DNA of 64,000 nucleotides from an uncultured Tenacibaculum sp. (GCF_947498805.1 NZ_CANMLT010000012.1:181-64180); one strand, 5' to 3'. Shown: positions 39,710 through 49,719, numbered from the stretch's first letter. Translations and numbers: made by a program. Notes: a model not told the origin generated them from the letters alone.

Positions 39710-39868
39710 CTATTTATCTTCTTTCACCAGTTCGTCATCAAACAACATACGAACAGAAGGTGTGTACGAATCATCGTACTGCCCTTTTTTTACCGAAACG
39801 ATAAATGCAATAAAAAAAACAATTGCCACTAGAATACTTAGTGTAAGTAGTAAGTAAATAACGCTCAT
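39710..39868 (-). CDS. ccoS: CcoS/FixS cbb3 oxidase maturation protein (52 aa, below the ORF-track cutoff)
   Basis: Hand translation gives MSVIYLLLTLSILVAIVFFIAFIVSVKKGQYDDSYTPSVRMLFDDELVKEDK*. The GQYDD...P..RML.DD signature is typical of CcoS. Confidence 0.8.
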   Translation of the reverse strand: MSVIYLLLTLSILVAIVFFIAFIVSVKKGQYDDSYTPSVRMLFDDELVKEDK

Positions 39869-39921
39869 ATCTTGCCTGATAATTATAGGTCAAAGGTAGA
39901 CTCGAAGCATTTCTTAAAATA

Positions 39922-39933
39922 TGATAAAAGTCA
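39922..39933 (-). promoter_or_regulatory. Crp/Fnr-type box upstream of ccoS-ccoNO
   Basis: tgataaaagtca. Lies 23 nt upstream (coding strand) of a consensus -7 box TACCTTTG (39891-39898). Confidence 0.65.
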
Positions 39934-40016
39934 TGTTTTGAGATTTTTTTTATACAGTAAACAAAAAATGAGTCTGCTATTAACAGACTCATTTTAAAAG
40001 ATTTATTTTGTGTTTT

Positions 40017-40355
40017 CTATTTCAGAACTTTTCTCAATCCTAACATTAAATTTCGTTCTAAAATCTCGTATTTCCCATCTGCGAGAAATAGGTCTTTCAT
40101 TTCTTCAAAAAGTACTTCAATCTCTGCATCAGAAATATTTAAATTAATCAATGATTCTTTTACTTTTTGAATACTTGCATAATCATTATCTGCATCAAAT
40201 TCTGAATGCATTCTTTGATAAGTATCATTGTCTACTTTTGAAGTTATTCTCTCAAGCTCTTCTGGAGCCTCTATAAAATCTGCATTCATGCAGTAAATAA
40301 AAAGATATGTATATAACTCCTTCTTCGTCCAATTTGTCTCAGTTATTGTTCCCAT
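40017..40355 (-). CDS. small acidic hypothetical protein (helical; possibly TerB-like)
   Basis: 112-aa ORF preceded by a perfect TGAT-N4-ATCA box. The family assignment is tentative. Confidence 0.5.
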   Translation of the reverse strand: MGTITETNWTKKELYTYLFIYCMNADFIEAPEELERITSKVDNDTYQRMHSEFDADNDYASIQKVKESLINLNISDAEIEVLFEEMKDLFLADGKYEILERNLMLGLRKVLK

Positions 40356-40410
40356 AATTCAAGAGTTTTTAAGTTTCCTTAAAGTTACCAATTATTAAGA
40401 CACAAAACCA

Positions 40411-40422
40411 TGATAAAAATCA
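40411..40422 (-). promoter_or_regulatory. Crp/Fnr-type box (perfect palindrome) upstream of 40017-40355
   Basis: tgataaaaatca. Lies 23 nt upstream of a -7-like box TAACTTTA (40380-40387). Confidence 0.6.
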
Positions 40423-40525
40423 TAATTATTTGAAATCCAATTAAATAACCCTAGAAAAACTCTTTAAAACAAACAAACTAGCCTATTAGATTGATTTTTT
40501 TATTTTTACCCTAAAAAATTTTCTG

Positions 40526-41236
40526 ATGAAGTGTATTTCATGTGGTTTTGAACACAACAACAATTTTTGTCCTAACTGTGGTGAAAAGAAGGATGTTAAA
40601 AAATTGAATTTTTCTTCCATTTTTGAATATACGTTCCTATCGATAACCAACATGGATAAAGGTTTTTTATTCAATTTAAAATCGTTAATAATTGATCCTA
40701 AAAAAATTGTTACAGAATATACACAAGGAAAACGAAAAAACATTCTTAACCCTATTTCCTTTTTAATTTTATCTGTTTCAATTTATATAATTACAGAACG
40801 ATTTTTTAAAGTCCCATATAAACCAGACAATACAACTGCTTTAGAAAATAGCATTATTTACAAGATGTCTTATTATGGAGGTAAATTTGTAAAAACCTAT
40901 TTCAACTTTTTCTGGATACTATCTATCTTTCCTTTAAGTCTATTAACCAAGGTGCTTTTTAGAAAGTTCAATTTTACAGAACATCTAGTAATTAACTCGT
41001 TTATTTTTGGTTTTGTTACTTTGTGCAGTACACTAAGCTACCCCATTTTTAAACAGCCACTACTTTTTGATTTTATCATGTATTTAAGTTTGATGATATT
41101 GATTTATCGAGTGTATAAAACTGATCATAATAAACTTGAAACCGCCCTACTTTCTTTTATCATCGTTTTTCTGTTTACCATTATTTTATTTATAATAGCT
41201 TTACTGCTCGGGTATATCTATTCGTCATTTAAGTAA
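40526..41236 (+). CDS. DUF3667-like protein (zinc ribbon plus membrane domain)
   Basis: N-terminal CISCGFEHNNNFCPNCG followed by several TM helices. Confidence 0.7.
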   Translation: MKCISCGFEHNNNFCPNCGEKKDVKKLNFSSIFEYTFLSITNMDKGFLFNLKSLIIDPKKIVTEYTQGKRKNILNPISFLILSVSIYIITERFFKVPYKPDNTTALENSIIYKMSYYGGKFVKTYFNFFWILSIFPLSLLTKVLFRKFNFTEHLVINSFIFGFVTLCSTLSYPIFKQPLLFDFIMYLSLMILIYRVYKTDHNKLETALLSFIIVFLFTIILFIIALLLGYIYSSFK

Positions 41237-41240
41237 TACG

Positions 41241-42602
41241 CTATATCGTCATTGAAAATAGTTTGGTTTCAGGTTGTTTCTCTTGAAGTTTCTTATCAAA
41301 AGCCATACAAATATTTCGTACATAAGGTCTTGCCTCTTCAGGAACCGTTAAATGATTCTTTTCAACACATACCAATCCATCATTAATCATTTCTTGTAGT
41401 TTATTGATATGGTTCTCCACATTTTCAATCTGTAATGTTTCTTCTTCCCAAGAAGTGGTAAAATGACACATAATGTTTAAGATATGCTTACGCATTACCA
41501 AATCTTCATCAGATAAAATATGTCCTCTAAACACAGGGATTTCACCTTCATTTACCAATTGCTGGTATTCTTTTACAGTCTTTACATTTTGTGCAAAACC
41601 ATACCAAGAATCTGATATTGCCGACATTCCTAAACCAACCATTAACTGGGTTTTGTTTGCCGTATATCCCATAAAATTTCGGTGCAATGTTTTAGTTTCT
41701 GTAGCAGTATATAAACTGTCTGTAGGCAAGGCAAAATGATCCATTCCAATTTCTATATACCCCATCTCTGCAAATAACTCCTTCCCTATTTCATACAATG
41801 CTCTTTTTTCGTCATTCTTAGGTAAGTCGTTTTCATTAAATCCACGTTGTCCAACACCTTTTACCCAAGGCACATGTGCATAGCTGTAAAATGAAATTCT
41901 ATCGGGTTGTAATTCTTTTGTTTTGGTAATGGTGTGAATTACATTTTCTTTGGTTTGAAAAGGAAGTCCGAATACTAAATCATGACTAATAGAAGTATAT
42001 CCTATCTCTTTTGCCCAATTATGCACTCTTTCTACATTTTCAAAAGGTTGTATACGATGAATGGCTTCTTGTACTTTCGGATTGTAATCTTGTACTCCAA
42101 AACTTACTCGAGTAAATCCTAAGTTATATAAACCTTGTAAGTGTTCTTTCGTGGTATTATTAGGATGCCCTTCAAAACTAAATTCATGCTCTGGATGTTT
42201 TTTGGCTCTTTTAAAAATTCCATTGATCAGTTTTTCTAGTTGTTCAATTGAAAAGAACGTAGGTGTTCCTCCTCCTAAATGCACTTCCTTTACCACAGGA
42301 ACCTCATCTACCAAATCAACATACAAGTCCCATTCTTTTAAAACGGTTACTATATAAGGTTCTTCTACCTCATGACGTTTTGTGATGTGTTTATGACATG
42401 CACAAAACGTACATAAACTTTCACAATAAGGTAAATGAATGTACAAACTGATTCCTTCAGAAGTATTACTTTCTTTAAAGGATTTTTGAAAGGTTTGAAT
42501 CCATTTTTGTTTCGAAAAAGTGCTTTCATCCCAATAAGGAACGGTTGGATAACTTGTATATCTCGGACCTGGAATATTGTATTTTTGAATAAGTGTGCTC
42601 AT
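41241..42602 (-). CDS. hemN: oxygen-independent coproporphyrinogen III oxidase (radical SAM, HemN)
   Basis: YIHLPYCESLCTFCAC is the CxxxCxxC motif. GGGTPT is present. Length and overall HemN layout fit. Confidence 0.9.
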   Translation of the reverse strand: MSTLIQKYNIPGPRYTSYPTVPYWDESTFSKQKWIQTFQKSFKESNTSEGISLYIHLPYCESLCTFCACHKHITKRHEVEEPYIVTVLKEWDLYVDLVDEVPVVKEVHLGGGTPTFFSIEQLEKLINGIFKRAKKHPEHEFSFEGHPNNTTKEHLQGLYNLGFTRVSFGVQDYNPKVQEAIHRIQPFENVERVHNWAKEIGYTSISHDLVFGLPFQTKENVIHTITKTKELQPDRISFYSYAHVPWVKGVGQRGFNENDLPKNDEKRALYEIGKELFAEMGYIEIGMDHFALPTDSLYTATETKTLHRNFMGYTANKTQLMVGLGMSAISDSWYGFAQNVKTVKEYQQLVNEGEIPVFRGHILSDEDLVMRKHILNIMCHFTTSWEEETLQIENVENHINKLQEMINDGLVCVEKNHLTVPEEARPYVRNICMAFDKKLQEKQPETKLFSMTI

Positions 42603-42654
42603 CTGCTTAATACCGTTTTATATCATACTACAAGGAAATCACTCCAACTAACCT

Positions 42655-43353
42655 TTATGCTAGTTCTAAAGCAATTTCAATCATTTCTTTAAAGGTTTGT
42701 TCTCTTTCATCGGCAGTTGTTCTTTCTCCTGTTACCAAACTATCAGAAATAGTTAAGATAGATAAGGCATTCACTTTATGCTTAGCAGCCACTGTATATA
42801 ATCCATTGGTTTCCATTTCTACGCACAGCACACCATAATCTGCCCATTTTTTATAGCTTTCAAATTCATCTGCATAAAACTCATCAGAGCTTAAAATGTT
42901 TCCTGCTTTTAAAGGGATTCCTTTTTCTTTAGCTATTTCAATTGCTTTTTGAAATAGTTCAAAACTAGCGGTTGGTGCATAGTCTGCTCCGTTAAATCGA
43001 ATGGTATTCAATCCTGAATTAGTAGAAGCAGCCATGGCTATTACAATATCACGAATCTTTACTTCTTTTTGATACGATCCTGCTGAGCCCACTCTAATTA
43101 AGTTTTTAACTCCGTATTCATTAATCAATTCATGTGCATAAATCAAAGCAGAAGGAATTCCCATTCCAGTTCCTTGTACCGAAATTCTTTTTCCTTGATA
43201 AGTTCCAGTAAAACCAAGCATACCACGTACGTCATTATAACAAACTGGATTTTCTAAAAATGTTTCTGCAATCCATTTTGCTCTCATAGGATCTCCTGGT
43301 AACAATACCGTTTCTGCTATTTCTCCTGGTTTGGCTTCTATATGTACACTCAT
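42655..43353 (-). CDS. deoD: purine nucleoside phosphorylase, DeoD type
   Basis: [35 protein letters not shown] and VEMETNGLY motifs. Confidence 0.9.
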   Translation of the reverse strand: MSVHIEAKPGEIAETVLLPGDPMRAKWIAETFLENPVCYNDVRGMLGFTGTYQGKRISVQGTGMGIPSALIYAHELINEYGVKNLIRVGSAGSYQKEVKIRDIVIAMAASTNSGLNTIRFNGADYAPTASFELFQKAIEIAKEKGIPLKAGNILSSDEFYADEFESYKKWADYGVLCVEMETNGLYTVAAKHKVNALSILTISDSLVTGERTTADEREQTFKEMIEIALELA

Positions 43354-43464
43354 TTTTTAATGATTTAATTTTGTTCTATAACTACCAAAGATTGTGCTCG
43401 ATACATTTTCTTTTATTCTTCAAGAAACCACTCGAACTAACATCTTTGTAATTACATTTTTATT

Positions 43465-44130
43465 CTAATACTGATTTTTATCTGAAACTCCTTTTGTAAC
43501 TAACGATACTCCAGAGGAAGTACCCAAACGAGTTACGCCCATTTTAATATACTTTTGTGCTGTTGCAGCGTCACGTACACCACCAGCAGCTTTTATTTGA
43601 GCCTTGTTTCCTACCACATCCTTCATCAATTGAACATCTTCAAAAGTCGCTCCACCGGTTCCAAATCCAGTTGATGTTTTTACATAGTCTGCACCAGCAT
43701 TTACCGCTAATTGACTTACCATTTTTATCTGCTCTTTACTCAAATAGCAGTTTTCAAAAATGACTTTTAACACATTTTCTCCAATAGCCTCTTTTATCTG
43801 TTTGATTTCATTTTCTACATAATCAAATTGACCATCTAATAATCTTCCAATATTGATTACCATATCAATTTCTGAAGCTCCTTTCTCAATACAATTTTTA
43901 GCTTCAAACACCTTCGCTTCTGTAGTCATAGCTCCCAAGGGAAACCCGATGACTGCGGCTACTTCTACTTCAGTTCCTTCCAATTCTTTCTTTGCCAATG
44001 CTACATAAGAACCATTCACACAAACAGCATAAAAGTTATACTCCTTCGCTTCTGAACATAATTTGATAATTTGCTCTTTAGTTGCGGTTGGTTTTAATAA
44101 GGTGTGATCTATATATTTATTGATTTCCAT
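43465..44130 (-). CDS. deoC: deoxyribose-phosphate aldolase
   Basis: IDHTLLKP, VIGFPLG and the Schiff-base Lys context DYVKTSTGF. Confidence 0.9.
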   Translation of the reverse strand: MEINKYIDHTLLKPTATKEQIIKLCSEAKEYNFYAVCVNGSYVALAKKELEGTEVEVAAVIGFPLGAMTTEAKVFEAKNCIEKGASEIDMVINIGRLLDGQFDYVENEIKQIKEAIGENVLKVIFENCYLSKEQIKMVSQLAVNAGADYVKTSTGFGTGGATFEDVQLMKDVVGNKAQIKAAGGVRDAATAQKYIKMGVTRLGTSSGVSLVTKGVSDKNQY

Positions 44131-44132
44131 AT

Positions 44133-46505
44133 TTACTTTATTTTTCTTCCTAATAAATTTGTTGCTATTGTTGTAAAAACAACAATACTAATTGAACTTA
44201 AGGGCATTAAAATAGCTGCTATTACTGGTTTTAACTGTCCTGTAGTAGCAAAATATAACCCAATTACATTATACAATAAAGACAATATAAAACAATATTT
44301 AATGATTTGAATTGCTTTTTTAGAAGCCTTTACATAATTGGCAATTTGATTAAACTTTGAAGCATCTAAAATAGCATCACAGGCCGGTGAAAACACATTG
44401 ATATTTTCTGAAATTGCAATTCCTACATCACTCTGTGCCAGAGCTCCTGCATCATTTAACCCATCTCCGATCATGGCCACGCGATTCCCTTTTTGTTGTA
44501 TTTCTTCTATATAGGATAACTTATTCTCTGGCTTTTGATTAAACAGCAAGTTGGTTCCTTTTGGTAGTACTTTTTCTAAATAAACTTTCTCACCCTCATT
44601 ATCTCCTGAAACAACTGCCATCTTATAATTCGTATTCAAATCGTAAAACAATGCTTTTACTCCTTTTCTATAGGCGTTTTTAAAAATGTACTTTCCTTTA
44701 TATTCATCATCTATACTTATATGCACAGAAGTATCTAAATTGTTTTGCTCTTTGGTATTTTTTACAAACGTAGAAGACCCCAATTTTAATCTGGTTTCTT
44801 CACAAACCGCTTCTATTCCTTTTCCTGTATACTCTATAAACTCATCTATCTTACCCGTGTTTTCAGACAATGAATCATACAACATTCTACTTAAAGGGTG
44901 ATTTGAACCTCTTAATGCACTTTTTAAAATTGATTTTTCCTTACCACTTAATTCAGTTCCTGTATACAATATTTCGTTTTCTTTGCTAGTGGTTAAGGTT
45001 CCGGTTTTATCAAAAATTATAGTATCTAAAGCAGCCAATTGCTCTATGACCGTTGCATTTTTTAAATAGAACTTCTTCTTTCCTAAAATACGTAGCATGT
45101 TTCCTAAGGTAAAAGGAGCTGCTAATGCTATTGCACACGGACAAGCAATAATTAATACTGCTGTAAAAACATTCAATGCCTTGCTTGAATCATAATACAT
45201 CCAAAACGCTGTGGCTACCAATGCTATTAGTAAAATGACAATGGTAAAATGTTGACTTATTTTATCGGTAATTGTTTTAAATGATGAGTGCTTGTCTTTT
45301 TTAAATACATCGTTACTCCATAATTGCGTTAAGTAACTTTGTGAAACCGATGTGAGTACTTCCATTTCTAAAATTCCAGACAATTGTTTTCCTCCTGCAA
45401 ATAGTTTATCTCCCGATTGTTTCGAAACGGGTACTGCTTCTCCAGTAACAAAACTGTAATCTATTTGAGCCTCTCCATTAATCAAGATACCATCTACAGG
45501 AATTAATTCTTGATTACGAATTAAGAGCCTGTCTCCTTTTTTTACATCATATATCTGGGTATTCTCTTCTTTTCCTTCAGTAGTAAGCTTGGTAACTGCT
45601 ATTGGAAAATACGATTTATAATCGCGTTCAAAAGACAAGAAATTATAGGTTTTTTGCTGAAAGAACTTCCCTAATAATAAAAAGAACACCAATCCGGTTA
45701 AAGAATCAAAGAATCCAGTTCCTAAATCAAAAATTATTTCAACAGAGCTTCTTATAAACAATACTGTTATTCCTAAAGCAATAGGAACATCAATATTTAA
45801 AATTTTAGAGCGTAATCCTTTATAAGCAGAGATAAAATAATCTTGCGATGCATAAAATACAACTGGTAAAGAAAATACAAACATTAACCATCTAAAAACT
45901 CCTTTGTACTGTTCTAACCAATATTCTGATACTTCGAAATACTCTGGAAAGGATAAAAACATCACATTTCCAAAGGCAAATCCGGCTATTCCTAATTTAT
46001 AAATTAAGCTTCGATCTACTTTCTTTTTCCCAACTTCATAATCTTCTAAAGAAATATAAGGTTCATACCCTATAGAACTCAATAACAATACAATTTCCTT
46101 TAAAGATGTTTCTTCTGAATTATAAGTAATTCGTACTGTTTTCTTCGGAAAATTAACTTGAGAAGCACTTACCTTCTCTTGTAGTTTGTGTAAGTTTTCT
46201 AATATCCAAATACACGAACTACAATGTATGTGCGGTATGTACAAGTTTACCACCTGAACATTACCATCGTTAAATTCTAATAGCTTTTCTACAATAGGTA
46301 TATTATCTAGAAAATCATACTTTCCTTTTATTTCTTGTGGAATTGCCCCTGGGTTATTTTGAAAATCGTAATAACAAGTTAAATCGTTTTCAGAAAAAAT
46401 CTCAAATACAGTTTTACATCCATTACAACAAAAAGATTTCTCTTCTATTTTAATGATTTCTGTATCGCATGGGTTACCACAATGAAAACATTTTGTGTTT
46501 TCCAT
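44133..46505 (-). CDS. ccoI: heavy-metal (copper) translocating P1B-type ATPase, CcoI/FixI-like
   Basis: CPC transmembrane motif (IIACPCAIALAAP), DKTGTLT and GDGLNDAG. N-terminal Cys-rich CFHCGNPC...CCNGC. Confidence 0.9.
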   Translation of the reverse strand: MENTKCFHCGNPCDTEIIKIEEKSFCCNGCKTVFEIFSENDLTCYYDFQNNPGAIPQEIKGKYDFLDNIPIVEKLLEFNDGNVQVVNLYIPHIHCSSCIWILENLHKLQEKVSASQVNFPKKTVRITYNSEETSLKEIVLLLSSIGYEPYISLEDYEVGKKKVDRSLIYKLGIAGFAFGNVMFLSFPEYFEVSEYWLEQYKGVFRWLMFVFSLPVVFYASQDYFISAYKGLRSKILNIDVPIALGITVLFIRSSVEIIFDLGTGFFDSLTGLVFFLLLGKFFQQKTYNFLSFERDYKSYFPIAVTKLTTEGKEENTQIYDVKKGDRLLIRNQELIPVDGILINGEAQIDYSFVTGEAVPVSKQSGDKLFAGGKQLSGILEMEVLTSVSQSYLTQLWSNDVFKKDKHSSFKTITDKISQHFTIVILLIALVATAFWMYYDSSKALNVFTAVLIIACPCAIALAAPFTLGNMLRILGKKKFYLKNATVIEQLAALDTIIFDKTGTLTTSKENEILYTGTELSGKEKSILKSALRGSNHPLSRMLYDSLSENTGKIDEFIEYTGKGIEAVCEETRLKLGSSTFVKNTKEQNNLDTSVHISIDDEYKGKYIFKNAYRKGVKALFYDLNTNYKMAVVSGDNEGEKVYLEKVLPKGTNLLFNQKPENKLSYIEEIQQKGNRVAMIGDGLNDAGALAQSDVGIAISENINVFSPACDAILDASKFNQIANYVKASKKAIQIIKYCFILSLLYNVIGLYFATTGQLKPVIAAILMPLSSISIVVFTTIATNLLGRKIK

Positions 46506-46556
46506 ATTTACTCATTTGCCTGGTACAAATATCCAATAAGAATGTAATTTAAAACA

Positions 46557-46568
46557 TGATATTTGTCA
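46557..46568. promoter_or_regulatory. Crp/Fnr-type box shared by the divergent ccoI and Crp/Fnr-regulator promoters
   Basis: tgatatttgtca. Toward ccoI it lies 23 nt upstream of GATATTTG (46526-46533). Toward the regulator gene it lies only 9 nt upstream of a perfect TATATTTG (46578-46585). Confidence 0.6.
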
Positions 46569-46608
46569 GGTTTTGAGTATATTTGAAATACTCTTAAAAA
46601 GCATTACT

Positions 46609-47295
46609 ATGAGCAAATGCGAACAGTGCATTATCCGACAATTTAATTCTCTAAAAGCTTTAACTAAAGATGAGTTAGTTAGAATTTCTGCTTGTAAAAC
46701 TTCTAAAACCATAAAAAAAGGAGAAGTTTTATTTGAAGAGGGAGAACACATTAATGGTGTTTTTTGTATTAAAGATGGTGTATGCAAGGTATCTAAAATG
46801 AGTGAAAATGGTAGAGATCAAATTATTCATTTAATTAAAAAAGGAGACCTGTTAGGTGAGCGTAGTTTAATTAATGATGAAGCGTCTAATTTAAAAGCTG
46901 TTGCTGTAAATGATATGGAGGTTTGTTTTATCCCTAAGGAAGAAATCGTAAGAGACTTAGAGAAAAACCCTAATTTCACCATGGATATTCTTAAAAACAT
47001 GGCCTCTTCTTTAAAAGAAGCTGATAATGTAATTGTTGACATGGCTCAAAAAACAGTTAAACAACGTTTGGCGGCTACTTTATTATATTTAAATGATAAG
47101 TTTCCTAAAAGAGAAAATGGTTCTATAGACGTTCATTTAACAAGAGAAGATGTTGCCAATATTATTGGTACTGCTACAGAAAGTGCCATTCGATTACTTG
47201 CCGAGTTTAAAAAGAAAGAATTTATTAAACTAAAAGGAAAAGAGATTTTTGTTATAGATACGACCAACCTTAAGCAGATTGCCCAAGGTTTATAA
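46609..47295 (+). CDS. Crp/Fnr-family transcriptional regulator with an N-terminal Cys cluster
   Basis: cNMP-binding-like fold and a C-terminal HTH (REDVANIIGTATESAIRLL). N-terminus MSKCEQCIIRQ...SAC. I prefer the ATG at 46609 over the TTG at 46573. Confidence 0.85.
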   Translation: MSKCEQCIIRQFNSLKALTKDELVRISACKTSKTIKKGEVLFEEGEHINGVFCIKDGVCKVSKMSENGRDQIIHLIKKGDLLGERSLINDEASNLKAVAVNDMEVCFIPKEEIVRDLEKNPNFTMDILKNMASSLKEADNVIVDMAQKTVKQRLAATLLYLNDKFPKRENGSIDVHLTREDVANIIGTATESAIRLLAEFKKKEFIKLKGKEIFVIDTTNLKQIAQGL

Positions 47296-47310
47296 TAGAT
47301 AAGTTAAAAT

Positions 47311-47344
47311 AAAAAAGAGTCACTATTAAGTAACTCTTTTTTTA
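47311..47344. terminator. bidirectional terminator between the Crp/Fnr gene and rpsU
   Basis: aaaaaagagtcac / gtaactcttttttt hairpin with one mismatch. Confidence 0.6.
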
Positions 47345-47533
47345 TTATTCTTGTTTAAAAAGCTGTTCTTTATAAGCAGCCTTCTTAACTTCTGCTCTTC
47401 TAGCTACTGATGGCTTTGTATATTGCTTTCGCTCTCTTAACTCTTGCAATATTTTTACGTTTCTGTACTTACGCTTATAACGCTTTAAGGCTCTATCTAT
47501 GTTTTCACCTTCTTTTACAATAATCTTTAACAT
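47345..47533 (-). CDS. rpsU: 30S ribosomal protein S21
   Basis: MLKIIVKEGENIDRALKRYKRKYRNVKILQELRERKQYTKPS is a classic bS21 sequence. Confidence 0.95.
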   Translation of the reverse strand: MLKIIVKEGENIDRALKRYKRKYRNVKILQELRERKQYTKPSVARRAEVKKAAYKEQLFKQE

Positions 47534-47961
47534 GGTTTATTCCGTTTTATTAATTAATACTAAGCCTAAATCTTATCATCTTTATAAATACCATTTATAT
47601 GCCTTATAAATGAAAATAAGAAATACAACTCCTAAATACGTGAAGTCCTATGTTATAAAAAGAGTTCGTTTTTACAAACTAAAAAATTAGGTATTACAGA
47701 ACTCAAAGAAAGTGAAATAAGTACCCCTTAAATAATTGTAGAATCCACCTTTATACAGAATAGAATATCAGTGCCGCGAATTTACCGCTTATTTAAAGAA
47801 CCCACAAATTATTATAAGCTATTCTCTTAAACATATAAAACAATACTTACTAAATTCGAATTTTGATTTTAAATATTTTTTACCTATCTTTAAATCAAGA
47901 AGTTAGGTTGATATGATTAATTAATCATTGTTATTGATTAGTTTTATCCCCTAATTTATCA

Positions 47962-47987
47962 CCGCACCCCTTGGGTGTGGTTTTTTT
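47962..47987 (+). terminator. strong plus-strand intrinsic terminator with no annotated plus-strand gene upstream
   Basis: ccgcaccc-ctt-gggtgtgg (8-bp stem with one G-U pair) followed by T7. Confidence 0.65.
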
Positions 47988-48007
47988 CTATTAACTAACT
48001 GTTTCAT

Positions 48008-48040
48008 AAAAAAAAAGCGACCCTTCTGGGTCGCTTTTTT
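48008..48040. terminator. terminator of prfA (bidirectional)
   Basis: A9-agcgaccc-ttct-gggtcgct-T5, abutting the prfA stop codon. Confidence 0.8.
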
Positions 48041-49115
48041 ATATTGTTTCTCCTAATTCTTTTAATTTAGAAGTATTCTCTGCGAGCATTAACTCATCAA
48101 TAATTTTTTGAATATCTCCGTTTACAATATTTTGTAAATCATATAGTGTTAATCCAATTCTATGATCAGTTACACGTCCTTGCGGATAGTTGTATGTTCT
48201 AATTTTTGCTGAACGGTCACCAGAAGTTACCATAGAACCACGTTTTGCAGCATCTTCTGCTTGTTTCTTAGCTAACTCTAAGTCATATAAACGTGAACGT
48301 AATACTCTAAATGCCTTTTCTTTATTTTTATGCTGAGATTTTTGATCCTGACATTGTGCTACTAAACCTGTTGGAATGTGCGTTAAACGTACTGCCGAAT
48401 AAGTGGTATTTACCGACTGACCTCCAGGACCTGAAGAACAGAAATAATCAATACGAACATCTTTTGGATTAATTTCTACATCAAACTCTTCTGCCTCTGG
48501 AAATACCATACAAGTAGCCGCTGATGTATGTACACGTCCTTGTGTTTCCGTTTGAGGAACACGCTGTACACGGTGTACTCCTGCTTCAAACTTTAAAACT
48601 CCATAAACATCCTCACCAGAAACTTCAAATTGGATTTCTTTAAACCCTCCATTCGTTCCTTCAGAGTAATCTACTACAGATACCTTCCATCCTCTACCTT
48701 CACAGTATTTTGTGTACATTCTATATAAGTCTCCTGCAAAAATACTTGCCTCATCTCCTCCTGTACCAGCACGTAATTCAACTACTGCATTCTTACCATC
48801 TTCTGGATCTTTAGGAATTAATAAAAACTTCATTTCTTCCTCTAAAACCGGAATACGGTTTTTAGCTTCGTCCATTTCCATTTTTGCCATTTCCACCATT
48901 TCCGCATCACTTCCGTCGGCAATGATTTCTTTAGCTTCTTCTATATTATTCAATAAAGTTTCATACTCGTTAGCTTTCTTTACTACCTTTCCTAAATCTT
49001 TATATTCTTTATTCAATTGTACATAACGTTTTTGATCAGAGATAATATCTGGTTGGATAATCAAATCAGAAACCTCATCAAAACGTTGTTTTACTATCTG
49101 TAACTTGTCTAACAT
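48039..49115 (-). CDS. prfA: peptide chain release factor 1
   Basis: GGQ motif ([12 protein letters not shown]). RF1-type length and N-terminus ([15 protein letters not shown]). No internal frameshift. Confidence 0.93.
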   Translation of the reverse strand: MLDKLQIVKQRFDEVSDLIIQPDIISDQKRYVQLNKEYKDLGKVVKKANEYETLLNNIEEAKEIIADGSDAEMVEMAKMEMDEAKNRIPVLEEEMKFLLIPKDPEDGKNAVVELRAGTGGDEASIFAGDLYRMYTKYCEGRGWKVSVVDYSEGTNGGFKEIQFEVSGEDVYGVLKFEAGVHRVQRVPQTETQGRVHTSAATCMVFPEAEEFDVEINPKDVRIDYFCSSGPGGQSVNTTYSAVRLTHIPTGLVAQCQDQKSQHKNKEKAFRVLRSRLYDLELAKKQAEDAAKRGSMVTSGDRSAKIRTYNYPQGRVTDHRIGLTLYDLQNIVNGDIQKIIDELMLAENTSKLKELGETI

Positions 49116-49197
49116 CTTACTCTTTTCTTGGAGTGCGAATTTACAATTTTTTATCGGATTTTAATTTGAGTATCTTTGAGAAAACTAACTTTTTGTT

Positions 49198-49629
49198 ATG
49201 AAATATATAACACTTCTACTTACCTGCCTGTTTATAGTAAACTGTACACCTAAAACAAGTGTTAAAAAACCTACTTGGTTAATTGGAAAATGGGAACGTT
49301 TAAATAATGAACCTAACAAGATTACCTATGAGTTTTGGAATAAAGACTTATCTGGAATCGGGTTTACTTTAAAAGAAAAAGACACCACCTTTAAGGAAGT
49401 ATTACATATTGTACATAAAAACGACTCATTATTCTTACAAGTTACCGGAGTTAATGAAACACCTACTTTATTTGCCTTTACACAACAAACAGATACTTCT
49501 TTTACTGCCAAAAATGATAAAAACGAATTTCCAACAATAATTAGGTATTGGAAAGCAAAAGACCAACTAAAAGCGAAGGTAGCAAACGACGAATTTTCTA
49601 TTGATTTTACTTTTAAAAGGATTGACTAG
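49198..49629 (+). CDS. hypothetical lipoprotein
   Basis: Signal peptide plus lipobox (LTCLFIVNCTP). No family recognised. Confidence 0.5.
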   Translation: MKYITLLLTCLFIVNCTPKTSVKKPTWLIGKWERLNNEPNKITYEFWNKDLSGIGFTLKEKDTTFKEVLHIVHKNDSLFLQVTGVNETPTLFAFTQQTDTSFTAKNDKNEFPTIIRYWKAKDQLKAKVANDEFSIDFTFKRID

Positions 49630-49719
49630 TGAATTCAACTTCAAATTTAAAACAATGACAGTCAACTAATTACCATAATTTTTCATTATCTTAGATACTG
49701 AACAACAACAACTTAAGAG

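Noticed and set aside
39771-39992. 73-aa minus-strand ORF from the track
   Set aside because: It overlaps, in a different frame, the 52-aa ORF that carries the CcoS signature. It also extends over the predicted promoter and Fnr-type box region and has no recognisable features.
48039-49115. Programmed +1 frameshift of the release-factor type
   Set aside because: The gene is RF1-like and reads through uninterrupted. The autoregulatory frameshift is a property of prfB (RF2).
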